A DNA stretch of 63,837 bases, counting the filler, from Reclinomonas americana ATCC 50394 (lineage: Eukaryota), in NCBI GenBank assembly GCA_048213135.1. It is 13 parts of 13 records of this genome, joined end to end, with 100 filler letters (N's around TTAATTAATTAA, not from the genome) between each part and the next. Parts side by side here need not be neighbours in the genome. Positions count along the whole stretch, not along the records: positions 1 to 10,242 come from AFZH01018951.1; positions 10,343 to 19,357 come from AFZH01018952.1; positions 19,458 to 21,110 come from AFZH01018955.1; positions 21,211 to 23,855 come from AFZH01018956.1; positions 23,956 to 30,819 come from AFZH01018957.1; 8 more parts are not named here. One strand, given 5' to 3'. Within the stretch, counting starts at the first letter, position 1, and each line of letters starts with the position of its first letter. The notes under the pieces were generated by a model. It was not told the DNA's origin, searched no databases, and saw only the letters and a list, made by a program, of their open reading frames with translations. Position numbers and translations under genes: made by a program. Below are positions 1 to 27,589 of the stretch, in pieces.

Positions 1-15224
<15,224 letters not shown>

Positions 15225-16033
15225 CCGCCACTGCTCTTGTAAAAGTTGAGAGAGAGTGTGTGTTGTTTGCGCGCACGCAGCGGTGAGGGTGTTATGGAGG
15301 AATACCACTTGCCAAAAAAGCGACTCGCAATTGTGCGCTGCGCCTCTCTCTTTCTGCGTTGCTCGCGCTCGCCCAAAGCAACTCGCGAGCACGAGAGTGG
15401 GAGTGAAGTGATGAGTGGTGCGCTCGTGGGATGCAGCAATAGGGAGCGTCGTCGTCGTGTGTTGCTTTGTTATTCGATCGTGATCGTGTCTTGTTGTTCG
15501 ATTTCATGTTGCACATTTGAGTGCGCGAACATGGAATTCGAGTCGCAAGTTCCGCACTGATGTGCACTTGCAGAGAAGAACAGTGGACCATGGCATGGTG
15601 ACCGACAGCTGCGAGGGGAAAAGAAAAAAGTCTTCTGCCTGATTCGAACACAACAATGTAAGAAAGTAGACAAAAATCAACATGCGTTCTGTCTCTTTCT
15701 CTCTGTCGCCCGCTGCTGCCTCTCTGAGGGCCACACTGCAACTGTAACTGTGCTGTGGTGCTGGAATGTAAAGTTGAGGAGAGAAAAAGCAAGAGAGTAT
15801 TGTCTGAGCGCCCCTGCGGGGACCTTCTCTATAACCACCACCGCGCAATGCACATTGGTCGTCACTGCACTCTGCTCCGCCCCACACATACTCACTATTC
15901 TGCTAATGCTCTTCCACTATTTCACCACCAAACCGTGACCACTTGGCCACACACAAAAACCACCAACCGACTGCTGCACAAGTCACTCGCACTAAACTCT
16001 GTTACAATGGCAAACAAAACACGTCTCCTTTCC

Positions 16034-19000
16034 TCACTCCACATCCTCCCTCTCCACCGAACCCGGAACAACCATGGCCCGCAGAGGTGGCGGTCGCGCC
16101 AGCGGCAGCACTGGCACCGACGACACGTCGCGCTGCGAGTACAGCGGGCTGCGTTGGCGCGCCGAGTCCGTGTCCGACGCGAGCGAACCATCATCGCTCA
16201 CGGCACCGTCAAAGGCCTGCTGCAGCTGCAACATGCCAGCCGGCAGCGGCGACACACGGGAGGACGAGGTGCGGTCGTCGCTGTCTGACTCGGAGCGAGG
16301 CGACCCCATGAGCCGGACATTGCTCGGCGACACTGGCACCACCATCGACGAGGCCGAGGTGGGGCGAGTGGCGGTCACGGTGAGCACCTTGAGCGACGTT
16401 GTCGAGGACGACTCGGTGTGACGACGACGGCGGCGCCGCACGACAATCACCACGAGCACCAACACCGCCACCATCAGGCACACGCCACCGACAGAACCGC
16501 CGACAATTGCGCCAATGTTGATGCGGGTGGATGAGGTGGAGGGGCTGTTGGTGGTGGGCGATGAACCTGTGTAGCAAAGTGATGAGTGACGAGACAGGGA
16601 GACGAGATTTCATCACAAGCGGATGGCTTTCTCACGCACTCTCTCACTTGCGTATCTTCTTTCATGCAGACAAAAAGGAAGCGCACCTTCGTATTCTCTC
16701 TCTACCGATTGGTGCGTTTCTTTTCTTTTGTCTTTCTCTCGGTCCATTTACCTCCCCCTTCTTTGCTCCTTCCCATTGCTCTCTCTCTCCGCGCCCTCTC
16801 CTATTCCCATTTCCTCCTGCTCACCTGCCGACCCACCACCACCTGATGCTCCTCCATCCGACGCACTCCCCCCACTGCCACCCGCACTGCCACTCCCGCC
16901 AGTGGTACCCCCGGTGTCACTTCCGCTGCTGCTGCCAGTGCCACTTCCACCAGTGCCCGCGTCAGCTCCTCCACTGCTTCCACCGCTGCTGCCACCTCCA
17001 CTGCTGCTACTTCCTCCTCCCGCTCCTCCTCCGGTTGCACCACCACCACCACCACCACCGCCCGCGTTGTTGACGGGGGCAGCAACTGCATACGTGCCAA
17101 ATTGCTGCATTACCACAAAGTCAGCTACTTACACATTTCGCACTCTTCCCCTCTCGCCACTGGCTCACCGTGAAATGGCAGATGTTGACACTGAGTGTGC
17201 CAGCGACGGGATCAAACGTCTGCGAGGCCTGCGGTGGATCGAGCTTGCCACACGGCTCGTTAACATTGACCCAGTTCTGCAGCACAGTGTCGTAGTAGAA
17301 GAGCTGCAGGGTCTCGCTGGCCAGCACCGCCGAGGTTCCGACGTCCAGCGTCAGGGAGATGGCACTGCTGAGTTGAATGCCACTGGCGACATTGGTGGGT
17401 GACTTCAGTGTGAAGCTGACGTCGGCAAAGCGCGCCGTTGGCAGCGGCAACTGGGCCGCGGGATCTGAATCGAACGGAAAATGAGTCGGGAAGACGGAAG
17501 GGGGAAGACGGAAGGGGGAAGACGGAAGGGGAAGACGGAAGGGGAAGACGGAAGGGGAAGACGGAAGGGGGAAGACCGAAGGGTGAAGACCGAAGGGGGA
17601 AGACCGAAGGGGGAAGACCGAAGGGGGAAGACCGAAGGGGGAAGACCGAAGGGGGAAGACCAAAGGGGAAAGAGCAAAGGGGAAAGAGCAAAGAGGAAGA
17701 CGGAAGGGGGAAGACGGAAGGGGGAAGACCAAAGGGGAAGACAAAGGGGGAAGACCAAAGGGGGAAGACGGAAGGGGGAGGACAAGGGGGAAGACGGAAG
17801 GGGGAAGACGAAAGGGGAAGACGAAGGGGGAAGACGAAAGGGGAAGACGAAGGGGGAAGACGAAAGGGGAAGACGAAGGGGGAAGAGCAAAGGGGTAAGA
17901 CCAAAGGGGGAAGACCGAAGGGTGAAGACCGAAGGAGGAAGAGCGAAGGGGGAAGACCGAAGGGGGAAGACCAAAGGGGGAAAACCAAAGGGGGAACACC
18001 AAAGGGGAAACTCAAGGTCACGGAGGAAGAGCATGAGAGCATGCGCATGAGCAACAAGAAGAGACGGAGAACGAGGGAAAAGGACATATAAGAGAGTACG
18101 TGGGGGAAAGGACAAGGTCAGCAGGATCACCGCTGCTTCATCTCCTCTTTCCGCTCTGCTTTCTCCTCTTCCCCTTCTCCATTCTCCCTCTCCCCTCTCT
18201 TGTCTTCTCCCTATTCCCCGTCTCCTTCCCCTTGCACGCACCAACATCAAACGTCGATCCATTCAACGACACATCCAACTTCGGATTGGTCGCCCCATTC
18301 GCATTATCCATGGTGCTATTCAGTGCACCAGCGGGCACACGCAAGCGCATGGAGACAGGTCGACCGGCATTCGTTTGCGTCTCGATGAGGCTCTCAAAGT
18401 CGGCGGCCTTTGGAATGTCAATTTGCACCTTTTCCTTCTTGACAGTGTCCTTGAGCCACTGTGGGGAGGTGCGTAAGAGCGCAGTGCGTGCTTATCACCG
18501 GCATCAACTTCACGCAACTCGAATCATGGCCTTCATCTGCAGTGATTGACAAGGAACAAAGAAATGTGAGACACGTATTTAGCAGGAGAGAATGGAACGA
18601 GCAGGACGAGACCTTTGGCGCCGACTCGACGGGCTGTCCACTGTGTGTGCGTGGCCAACTCATGAGTAAGCGGAGGGGAAGAGGCCGACGATTCAACATC
18701 GCAAACACGCAACGTGTACTCGAGCGCGCCCCAGCTGCCGTACTGGGACGGGCGTGCGCAAGTCACGAAATGCATGAGGCTGTCGAAACCCAGGTTGCGG
18801 TACTGCATAGCGAAAATGTGTGCGAGTAAGCGAGAGGTCGTACGCATAAGACCAACAACTGTAGATTACCTCATCCAGATACTTGTAGTACAAGTCCTCC
18901 ATTCGAGGGTCGCGATTGACTGCAAATACCATGAGACAGAAATCAAAGCAGAAAGTAGGGGAATGAAAGAAAATAGAGCCATGAACTGAGTGGCATCGTT

Positions 19001-22000
19001 CGGCGATCATTGAGGGGAACCTTGCTCACATTGCGGTTTCTCTCCTCTATCTCTTGGTCTCTCCTTCCATCGCCCCCCAGTAGCCCAATCTTCTATCCCT
19101 CTCACGCGCTCTTATTTGCTCCACGCAAACGCTCTCTTCTCCCTCTCCTCTCCCTTCCTTTCCTCTCCTCTCCTCTCCCTCGCTCTCACCCTCTCCCTCC
19201 CCGCAACATAACGTCTTTTTTCTTTTTTCTTCTCTCTCTCCTCCTCCTCCACCTCCTCCTCCTCCTCCTCCCCACATCATTACGTTTTTTCTTTTTCTCA
19301 CTTCTTCACATCCCTTCTCTTCTTCCCTTCCCTCTCCTCTCCTCTCCTCTCCTCTCCNNNNNNNNNNNNNNNNNNNNNNNNNNNNNNNNNNNNNNNNNNN
19401 NTTAATTAATTAANNNNNNNNNNNNNNNNNNNNNNNNNNNNNNNNNNNNNNNNNNNNGGAGACACGAGTGCAACGAGGGAGACACGAGTGCAACGAGGGA
19501 GACACGAGTGCAACGAGGGAGACACGAGTGCAACGAGGGAGACACGAGTGCAACGAGGGAGACACGAGTGCAACGAGCGAGAGACGAGTGCAACGAGGGA
19601 GACACGAGTGCAACGAGGGAGACACGAGTACAACGAGCGAGACACGAGTGCAACGAGGGAGACACGAGTGCAACGAGGGAGACACGAGTGCAACGAGGGA
19701 GACACGAGTGCAACGAGGGAGACACGAGTGCAACGAGGGAGACACGAGTGCAACGAGCGAGCGACGCAAGCAACGAATGGGAGACGAGTGCAACGATACA
19801 TCTCACAAAAGCAACATGCAATGTGAGTGAGAGAGATTCCACTTCGACTTCTCATCATCCAAACCTTGCGAAGAAAGGACACGAACAATGCGATTGCTGG
19901 CGTCGATGCCGAACACGTCGTAGAAAATGTCGAAAACTGCAGCACGTATAGTCAGTCCTCGTTTCTTTCCCCACTTTCTCACACCCCCATCACGCAATGT
20001 GTAACTTTGCATGGACCTGAGCCCATTGTAGCAGAAGCGAGCACGATTCGCATCCGTCGACAAATTCAGTTGCAGTCCCCGCTGCGAGCAGGCGTATGTG
20101 AGACCACAGGAGTTGGCCAATCCAGACACTGCAAATGAACTCACCTGACCGGCCAAGATGCCGCCCGGGAAAAGCGTACCCCACACCTATATAACAATTG
20201 GTTTGTCACCGAGCTGCGCTAACGCTTGTCCAACCACAATGGACGTACCTCGTTGGAGTGCTCGACATAGATCTTGACATCGGGACGCAGCTGGTCTCGA
20301 AGCATGGTGGCCCTGCAGCGCATTCCTCGCTCAGCACCACAAGCACAGAACAGTAGTCACAAGAACAAAGAGAGGGATAGAAGAGTGAGGAGACGCAACA
20401 TTTGTCGCACATAGTCGTCGTCGGCAGTGTGCGGCACATTGACCCAAGCGTCGCTGCCGAGCATGTTCGTCAGCAGGACAATGTACTCCAGCGAGACACC
20501 GTTGAATGCCTGGGAGAAAAAGGCTGGAGTGGGCCGATTGGCCCACGTTCCCGGCACTCGATCTGAATTGGTGATCATCTGCAGCCCAATGGCTGTTAGA
20601 TGTACCGCAATCACTCCCGCGTGAATAAAGATACAACGAACCCAATCCATAAAGCGCAGCGTGCGGTATTGTTCCATGCTCTGCACAAACGCCGGATGGA
20701 ACGGGAACTTGCGCACTGTTTCCTCGTCAATGCCGTCGGGAATCACGCGGCAGTTGCGCACCGGGTCGTCGGGGTTGGTGAGAGTGATCTGTGTGCAGCA
20801 CGCTGTGAGCCTCGCAGCACATGGTGATTTTCACGCACTCCTGAAGAATAGTGCACCTTGAAAAAGACACCGTTGTTGAAGTCGAACGACGGCTTGTAGT
20901 CGAACACCACAATGCCGACGTCACGCATCACAATATTGATGTCGGTGTTGGTAAACAGAAGCGTGACAATGCCGTCGCCGTCATACAGCAAATTGTATCG
21001 ACCAGGAGGGAAGTGGCTGCACGGATGTCCAATGAGGGAGGAGAAAGAAGGAGAAGAAGAGAAGAGTGTGCAACGAGAGAGAGTACAACGAGAGAGTGCA
21101 ACGAGAGAGTNNNNNNNNNNNNNNNNNNNNNNNNNNNNNNNNNNNNNNNNNNNNTTAATTAATTAANNNNNNNNNNNNNNNNNNNNNNNNNNNNNNNNNN
21201 NNNNNNNNNNTGCAACGAGAGAGTGCAACGAGAGAGTGCAACGAGAGAGTGCAACGAGAGAGTGCAACGAGAGATGAGTGCAACAAGAACGAAGTCAAGG
21301 TGCTGCAGCACAGGACGCAACGCTTCCACATCGCGAACAAGCATGACGCCGACAGCCTGGAGACGTCACATGTTGCACATGTTAGAGCAGGTTTTAAAAA
21401 GGGGGAGAATCCGACTCGGCACACCTGATTCGGCAGCAGGCTCGCAGGATACCGATTCGGGCCAAAATCGATTGGGATCTACGTAGCATGATAGACGAGT
21501 GAGCCTTCAGCGCCAGCTGTTCTGGCCCCTTGACTCTTGGATTCACCATGGTGTCCCAAGTAAAGGTCTCCGTGTGCACTTCAGAGGCCACCCAGTCACG
21601 CGCTCGCTTCATGAGATCGACAAAGTCGACACGCCGAGCCCAGTCGTTGACTCCCTGCACGACTAGTGTTGGATACACGCTGTCGGAGGAGAAGCAAACA
21701 GCACACATCACGCAACTGACACGTTGATGCCGACGCTCGTGGCACACTTGGCCGGGATGGGCTCGGTGAGCTGCGTGCAATCAACTCCCGAGTATCCTGT
21801 AACAAGGAGATGTGTTATTTCTCACCACACATGAGAGACATGCAGGTCTGTGGGCAAACCTCGGAAACAAACACAAGTGCCAGTCTTGTCGCACGTTCCC
21901 CACTTGCAGGCGGGTGAACACTGGCGCAAGAACAAGTGCGCTGAGACAATGGGGAGGCAGTAGAGCGGCTCATTAAAACAAACCGTGGGGTGTGGTGTCG

Positions 22001-25000
22001 GCGGCGGCAGATCGGCACGAGTGTATGGAATTGCCGACGGCTTGCCGGCGAGGAAGTCCACATATCCCTGCGACAGTCGAGATGTTGTGAGAAAAGAACA
22101 ACTACTCGCCAAAGAGGCACATTTGATCGCCAACGGTGTATCAGAGCAGTCACCAACAAAAGGGAATCCAATCTCCTTCGGCTGAAAGAAGATCCACGGC
22201 CATCTCATTCATCACTGCCGCGCCTTGAGGCGAGCGACAGAAAATGCACTCAACTATCTTCACAGCGACGCTTCACCCTCACTGAGCTCTGCCTTCCTTC
22301 CCAAGTCTCCTCACGTTCACCGGCCTCACCACTCACGCACCCACTTAATCATCTCAAAACACAATCCATGCTTCTGTATCACCGCAGCATCTCTTTCCCT
22401 TGGTTGCTCACCTTGAACTTGGGGCTGGCAGTCAGGTCGGCATTCCAAGACTGGAACAGTGCGCGATTGCCACACCAGTCCTTGACCATGGCATTCACAG
22501 TGCAGCGCTCAGCCTGCCGCACCGTGGGAGGCTATACATTGCAGGTGTAAGAAATTCTCCCCCATGGACACAGTGAGAAGGTTGCGGAAAAATGAACGCA
22601 CCGTGATCACCAGCTGACCGCCGGCACGACGCCAGCGACGCAGGTAGTCCATGACAAAGTCGCGCATCACTGGCAAGTCACTGACGATCAGCAGTTTGTC
22701 CTCAAGAACCTGCTCGGCATCGGCCGCGGCCTGCAGCTTGGCCAGATCACTCGGTGAAGTGGCTACGTGTCGAGGGTGAGGGTGTGGAGGCACAAGAGGT
22801 GACGGCAAAAGGGACAAAAAAAACGCAACTGGTCGGCGCCCGCTTCAAGTCGAACCGATGACCAAAGACGGGAGCGGAAACCAGCGGTCCGCCCCAGTAC
22901 GCAATCAGGTACTTGTTGTAGCGGGCGGCCTGGTTGATGAAGACGTTGAATTGCTCCTCCTGATGGAGAAGTGAGTGAAATATGAGACTGCTCAGCGAAA
23001 ACACGCACACAAACACGCACCTCCTCAAGAATCGATTGGCGCAGACGCTGGGTGAGCCACTCCACCGACTTGCCGTCCACTGTCGACAAATCGAAATTGT
23101 TGTCTTGCCACCCAGGCGAGTCGCCAAAGTACGACGGGATGCCGAAGGCTGCGAGGGGAGATGAGGGCGTGCTATTTGGTGACAGGCATATATGCGCGAG
23201 TCTCACCGTCGAGGCAGTCGAGACGTTGCGGGTTCATCGCTTTCAGCGCGGCGATGGTGTGCGGGACGTAGCTGCGGTACTGCATGCCGAAAATGCGGGT
23301 CAGGGGGCGACTGACGGCGCCAAAGACGTTGCGCCAGATGTCGAGCACCGCGACCGTGCGGTTGACTGGTGGGGGGAGAAGGGGGGGAGGGTAAGGGGAG
23401 GGGGGAAAGGGGAAAGGGTGAAGGGGGGGAGAGGAGGAGGAGGACAAGGATGAGGTGCAACGATTCGCAAAATTGCACACGAGTGAGGAAGCGACGAAGT
23501 GCATGAGAGAGAACAAACACGGGAAATGAGAGCGTAAATGATGGAAGGAATGAGGGGCGAAGCAAACAAGGACAGAATCAAAGAAAGAGTGCGAGGGAGA
23601 GAAAGTGAGAGAGAGACAGTGAGAGAGAGATAATAGAAAGCGAAAATCGATACAGGACGAGGGCTTGAAAGACGAAAAATTGGCCAGAGGAGAGACATCC
23701 AAAACGCAATCGAGCGAGAGAGAGAGGGGCGGGGGGGGGGGGGGGGGGGGGGGTATAGTGGAGACGAAGGGAACGGAGGAGAGAAGAACGACAGTGAGAA
23801 GAAAAAGAGAACACACACATAGCGGACAACGAGACGTACGGAAGAGACGTACGACNNNNNNNNNNNNNNNNNNNNNNNNNNNNNNNNNNNNNNNNNNNNT
23901 TAATTAATTAANNNNNNNNNNNNNNNNNNNNNNNNNNNNNNNNNNNNNNNNNNNNGGGGAGGGGGGGGGGTCGGGAAATGGTGACAGGAACGAGGGGGCA
24001 GTGAAAGAAAGGACCAACTGTGGAAAGAGAACAAAATGAAGACACACACAATGGCGACAGAATCGGAAGAGACTGGCAACTCAAGGCACTGAGTAAGGGA
24101 GAGCGGTTGAATAGTGACAGGAACGAGGGGCAGTGACAGCAAAGACCAAATGTGGAAAGAGAACAAGTTGAAGACACAATGGCGACAGCACTTGAGGAGA
24201 CTGGCAACTCAAGTCACTGAGTGAGGAAGAGAGAAGAAATGAATAATTATGATAAAAGGAGGCAGCACGGACCAAAAATGTGATAAGAGACCAAGATGAA
24301 GACACAATGGCAACAGAACTAGAAAAGACACTGGCAACACAAGTCACTGAGTGAGGGAGAGACAAGGTATGATGAAAGGAAAGAGGGGCAGTGAAACAAG
24401 GACCAAATGTGGGAAGAGAACAAGACGAAGACACAATGGCGACAGTACCTGAGGAGACTGGCAACTCAAGTCACTGAGTGAGGAAGAGAGAAGGAATGAT
24501 GAAAGGAACGAGGGGCAGTTAAAGCAAAGACAAAAAATGTGTAAGCAGAACAAGATGAAGACACAACGGCGACAGCACTCGAACAGACACAACACAGAGA
24601 AAGGGTGGGAGGGGGAGAGAGAGAGAAGAAGAAGAAGAAGAAGAAGAAGAAAATAGTTGAGAGCTTGAAAGACGAAATATGAGAGACACGCGAAACGCAA
24701 TTCAGAGAGAGAGAGAGAGGGAGGGGGGGAGGGAGGGGGCTGTTGGGAGAGAGAGTGACAGAGGGAGGGAGAGAGAGAGAAGGAATGATGATATGGAGGG
24801 GTGCAGTGAAAACAAGGACCATCGTTGAAAGAGAACAAGATGAAGACACAGCGCGACAGCGCTCAATCAGACATAACTCAGCTCACAGTGAGAGAGAGAG
24901 AGAGACCGAAAGGAATGCAAGGTGGGAAAGAGCTTTCGCCTCAGCGAACTGTAATATCAGCATCCCCCTCTCTTCACACGCACCAAAATCAGTCGACCAC

Positions 25001-27390
25001 GAGCCACGCTCCCAGTTCTCCACATAGACGCGCAGCGACGGATCGAGCGTGTCGCGCACGAGCGTCGCAAAACCAGTGACAAAGTCGTCAGTGGCGTATT
25101 GTGGCATACACACCCAGATGTGCTTTTGCAGTTGGTTGGCCTGCAGGGAAACGGTGAGAAAATCTGCACCAGGTCTCACCCGTGCACCCCGCTGCGCACT
25201 CTCTGCCCACTATCCTCTCTCCCTCTCTCTCTGTCCGTATGTCTGTCTGTCTGCCAGTCTGTCTGTCACTCTCTGTCTGTCCCTGTCTGGCTATCTGTCA
25301 ATCTGCCTGCCTATCTGCATGTCTGGCCGCGTGCATGCATGCCTGTCTTTCTGGCTCTCTGTCTACCTGCTTGTCAGTTTGCCTGTATGTCTGTTCGTTT
25401 GCAGCGCTATCTGCGCGTGGTCGGTCTCCATAATATGTATGTTTGCCTGCCTGCTGTCTGCCCGCTCCTTTCAACTGTCTTCTCATACCCTGCTCACTCC
25501 CTGCCCACTCCCTTCCACACCCTGCGCCTTTTTTTGCCCACTCCCTATCCACTCCCTGCGCACTCCCTGCCCACTTCCTTCCACATCCTGCACCTATTTT
25601 CTGCCAACTTCTTCCGCCCACTTTCTGCCACCCTTCCGCCCTTCCCCCCTTCCACCCACTCTCCCTCCCACCCGCCTCACCAGCTGCACCATGTGCTCCA
25701 CCGCCACACCGGCCGCCAACGCCTGGCTGGACGACGTGGTGCGTGTACGCGCCGTCCACGGCACCGCCACCTTGCTGCCGTACACGCCGACCCAAAACGC
25801 AAAGCGCAACAACTCGAACGCCGACGCGCGCGCCACAAACGTCGGGTGGAACACGTCGGTGGTGAGGTAGGTGGCCTCCAACGCCTCCGGCACCACCCGC
25901 ACGTTGCGCACGGGATTGGACTCGTCGGTGGCGGTGATGCGGATTTGTGCTCCGTTGCTGCTGACTGCAGCCACGTTCATCACGAGACGACCGGCTGCCG
26001 ACTCGGCGGTCACCACTGCGCCATCGCCGCCGAGCACCACTGTGCCACTCCCGTCGTACAGAACACTGCATCACACAGAGAATTGTTGAGGGAAAGGCAA
26101 GAGGAAAAATAGGGGGAAAAACAAGACGCAACATGTAGCGTCCGGCCAGCGGCACTGGCACTGTCGACTGTGCGAGGAACAGGCGATTCTCGCCGGCCGG
26201 CGGGCGGAGGTTCAACGGGTAGCCGTTGGAGTCGAGGGCGAGGGTGGCGGAGGAGAAGAGGGTGGAGGCGCCTGCAAGGAGAGGAGAAGTGAGGGAGAGG
26301 GAGGAGGGAGGAGAGGGAGAGTAAGGAGAAGGGAACGAGAAAAGGAACGAGAAGAGGAACGAGAAGAGGAACGAGAAGAGGAATGAGAAGAGGAGCGAGA
26401 AGAAGAGCGAGAAGAAGAACGAGAAGAGGAACGAGAAGAGGAACGAGAGAGGAATGAGAAGGAATGAGAGAGTATGCGTGGAACGAGAAGAGGAGCGAGA
26501 AGAGGAGCGAGAAGAGGAGCGAGAAGAGGAGCGAGAAGAGGAGCGAGAAGAGCGAGCGAGAAGAGGAGCGAGAAGAGGAGCGAGAGCACAGCAATGGAAA
26601 GCGAGGAATGAGAGAGGAATGAAAGTCAGGAGAGAGGAGAGAGCACGATAGAGGGATGCAAGGGAGTCCGAGTGGAGCGACAGTTGCCTGACAGGCTGCA
26701 AACACGCACCATTGTTGGTGCTGACGCGGGCGATGAATCCTTGACTGTGCTTGAAGAGATCCGAGAACACCCATTCGTTGCTGCAGAAAAGAAATGACAA
26801 AGTGATTGAGTGAGTGAGTGAGTGAGTGAGTGAGTGAGTGAGTGTGTGAGAGAGTGAGTGAGTGAGTGAGCGAGAGAGAGAGAGAGTGAGTCAGTGAGTG
26901 AGTGAGTGAGCGAGTGAGTGAGTGAGTGAGAGTGAGTGAGTGAGTGAGTCAGTGAGTGAGTGAGTGAGTGAGTGAGTGAGTGAGTGAGTGAGTGAGTGAG
27001 GGAGTGATATGAGGGAAACCAAATCAATACTTCTTCTCACTTCCTCTCACTCCTCTCTCTCCCTCTCTCTCACTCCCTCTCTCTCACACACACACACTCT
27101 CTCTCTCATCTCCTGCACACTCACTCACACTCACCCACACAAATCAGACAACGTCTCACTCTCCTTTTTTTCCCTGTCTCCCTCCTCCCCTCCTTCCCTC
27201 ACACACACACACGCAACATCTTCCCGCCCACCAACTCCAGCGACACCAAGTTGGCGCCAACACGCACCGCCGACACGGGCGGCACACTGCTATAATCAAC
27301 ACTTGTGGCCGCACGCACACTCACACACGCACACAGTGCGAGAAGAGGAAGCAACAGCAGCAACAGCGAAAGAGGCTGTCGCGCGTGCAT
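16034..27390 (-). CDS. Type I membrane protein: signal peptide, putative GH-A-like domain 1 (degenerate), EGF-like module, putative GH-A-like domain 2, beta domain ending ICHFTQF, Gly/Ser linker, TM helix, Ser-rich tail
   Basis: Signal peptide MHARQPLSLLLLLLPLLALCACVSVRA. Domain 2 motifs YNLLYDGDG, DPVRNCRVIP, FHPAF, LRFMDW, GVSLEYIVLLTN, WVNVPHTADDDYV, IYVEHSNEVW, NRDPRM, YGSWGALEY, which I recognise from bacterial proteins often labelled 'cellulose-binding domain protein'. Parallel motifs in domain 1 (VLYDGSG, NPVRNVRVVP, FHPTF, LRFAFW, GVAVEHMVQL). EGF CSPACKWGTCDKTGTCVCFRGYSGVDC. TM IGAIVGGSVGGVCLMVAVLVLVVIVV-RRRRRR. Stop at 16034. Three gaps fall inside the gene and probably hide exons. 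Confidence 0.8.
17487..18010. repeat. Intronic 13-14 bp minisatellite (GGGGAAGACGGAA-like)
   Basis: Directly visible degenerate tandem array. Confidence 0.9.
19458..19795. repeat. Intronic 20-bp minisatellite (GAGACACGAGTGCAACGAGG)n abutting an assembly gap
   Basis: About 15 near-perfect copies. A related 14-bp unit TGCAACGAGAGAGT flanks the gap at 21069-21285. Confidence 0.95.
23976..24860. repeat. Intronic degenerate tandem repeat, unit about 120-130 bp, 5-6 copies
   Basis: Recurring GGGGCAGTGA..ACCAAATGTG..GAACAAGATGAAGACACAATGGCGACAG..GACTGGCAACTCAAGTCACTGAGTGAG. Confidence 0.85.
26330..27000. repeat. Intronic 12-bp (GAGGARCGAGAA)n and (GAGT)n repeats flanking a small exon
   Basis: Directly visible at 26330-26590 and 26805-27000. 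Confidence 0.85.
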
Positions 27391-27589
27391 TCTCTTTCAG
27401 TGTGAGAGAGTGAGAGGTCGTGAGATGCTATCGCGGCGAATGTTGCCAATTTCGTCGTGTATTGATGGGCGGTTGGTCGGACGTCCATATTCAATACAAC
27501 TTTTTAAGAGATCGACTGCGTTATCAGTGTCCTCGGAAGACATCTGCAGATAAGCAGCACCTAGATGGCTACCAAAGGCACTAGAAAAT

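Noticed and set aside
19458..19795. Regular repeat array as a possible CRISPR
   Set aside because: Contiguous 20-bp units with no unique spacers, in an intronic eukaryotic context.
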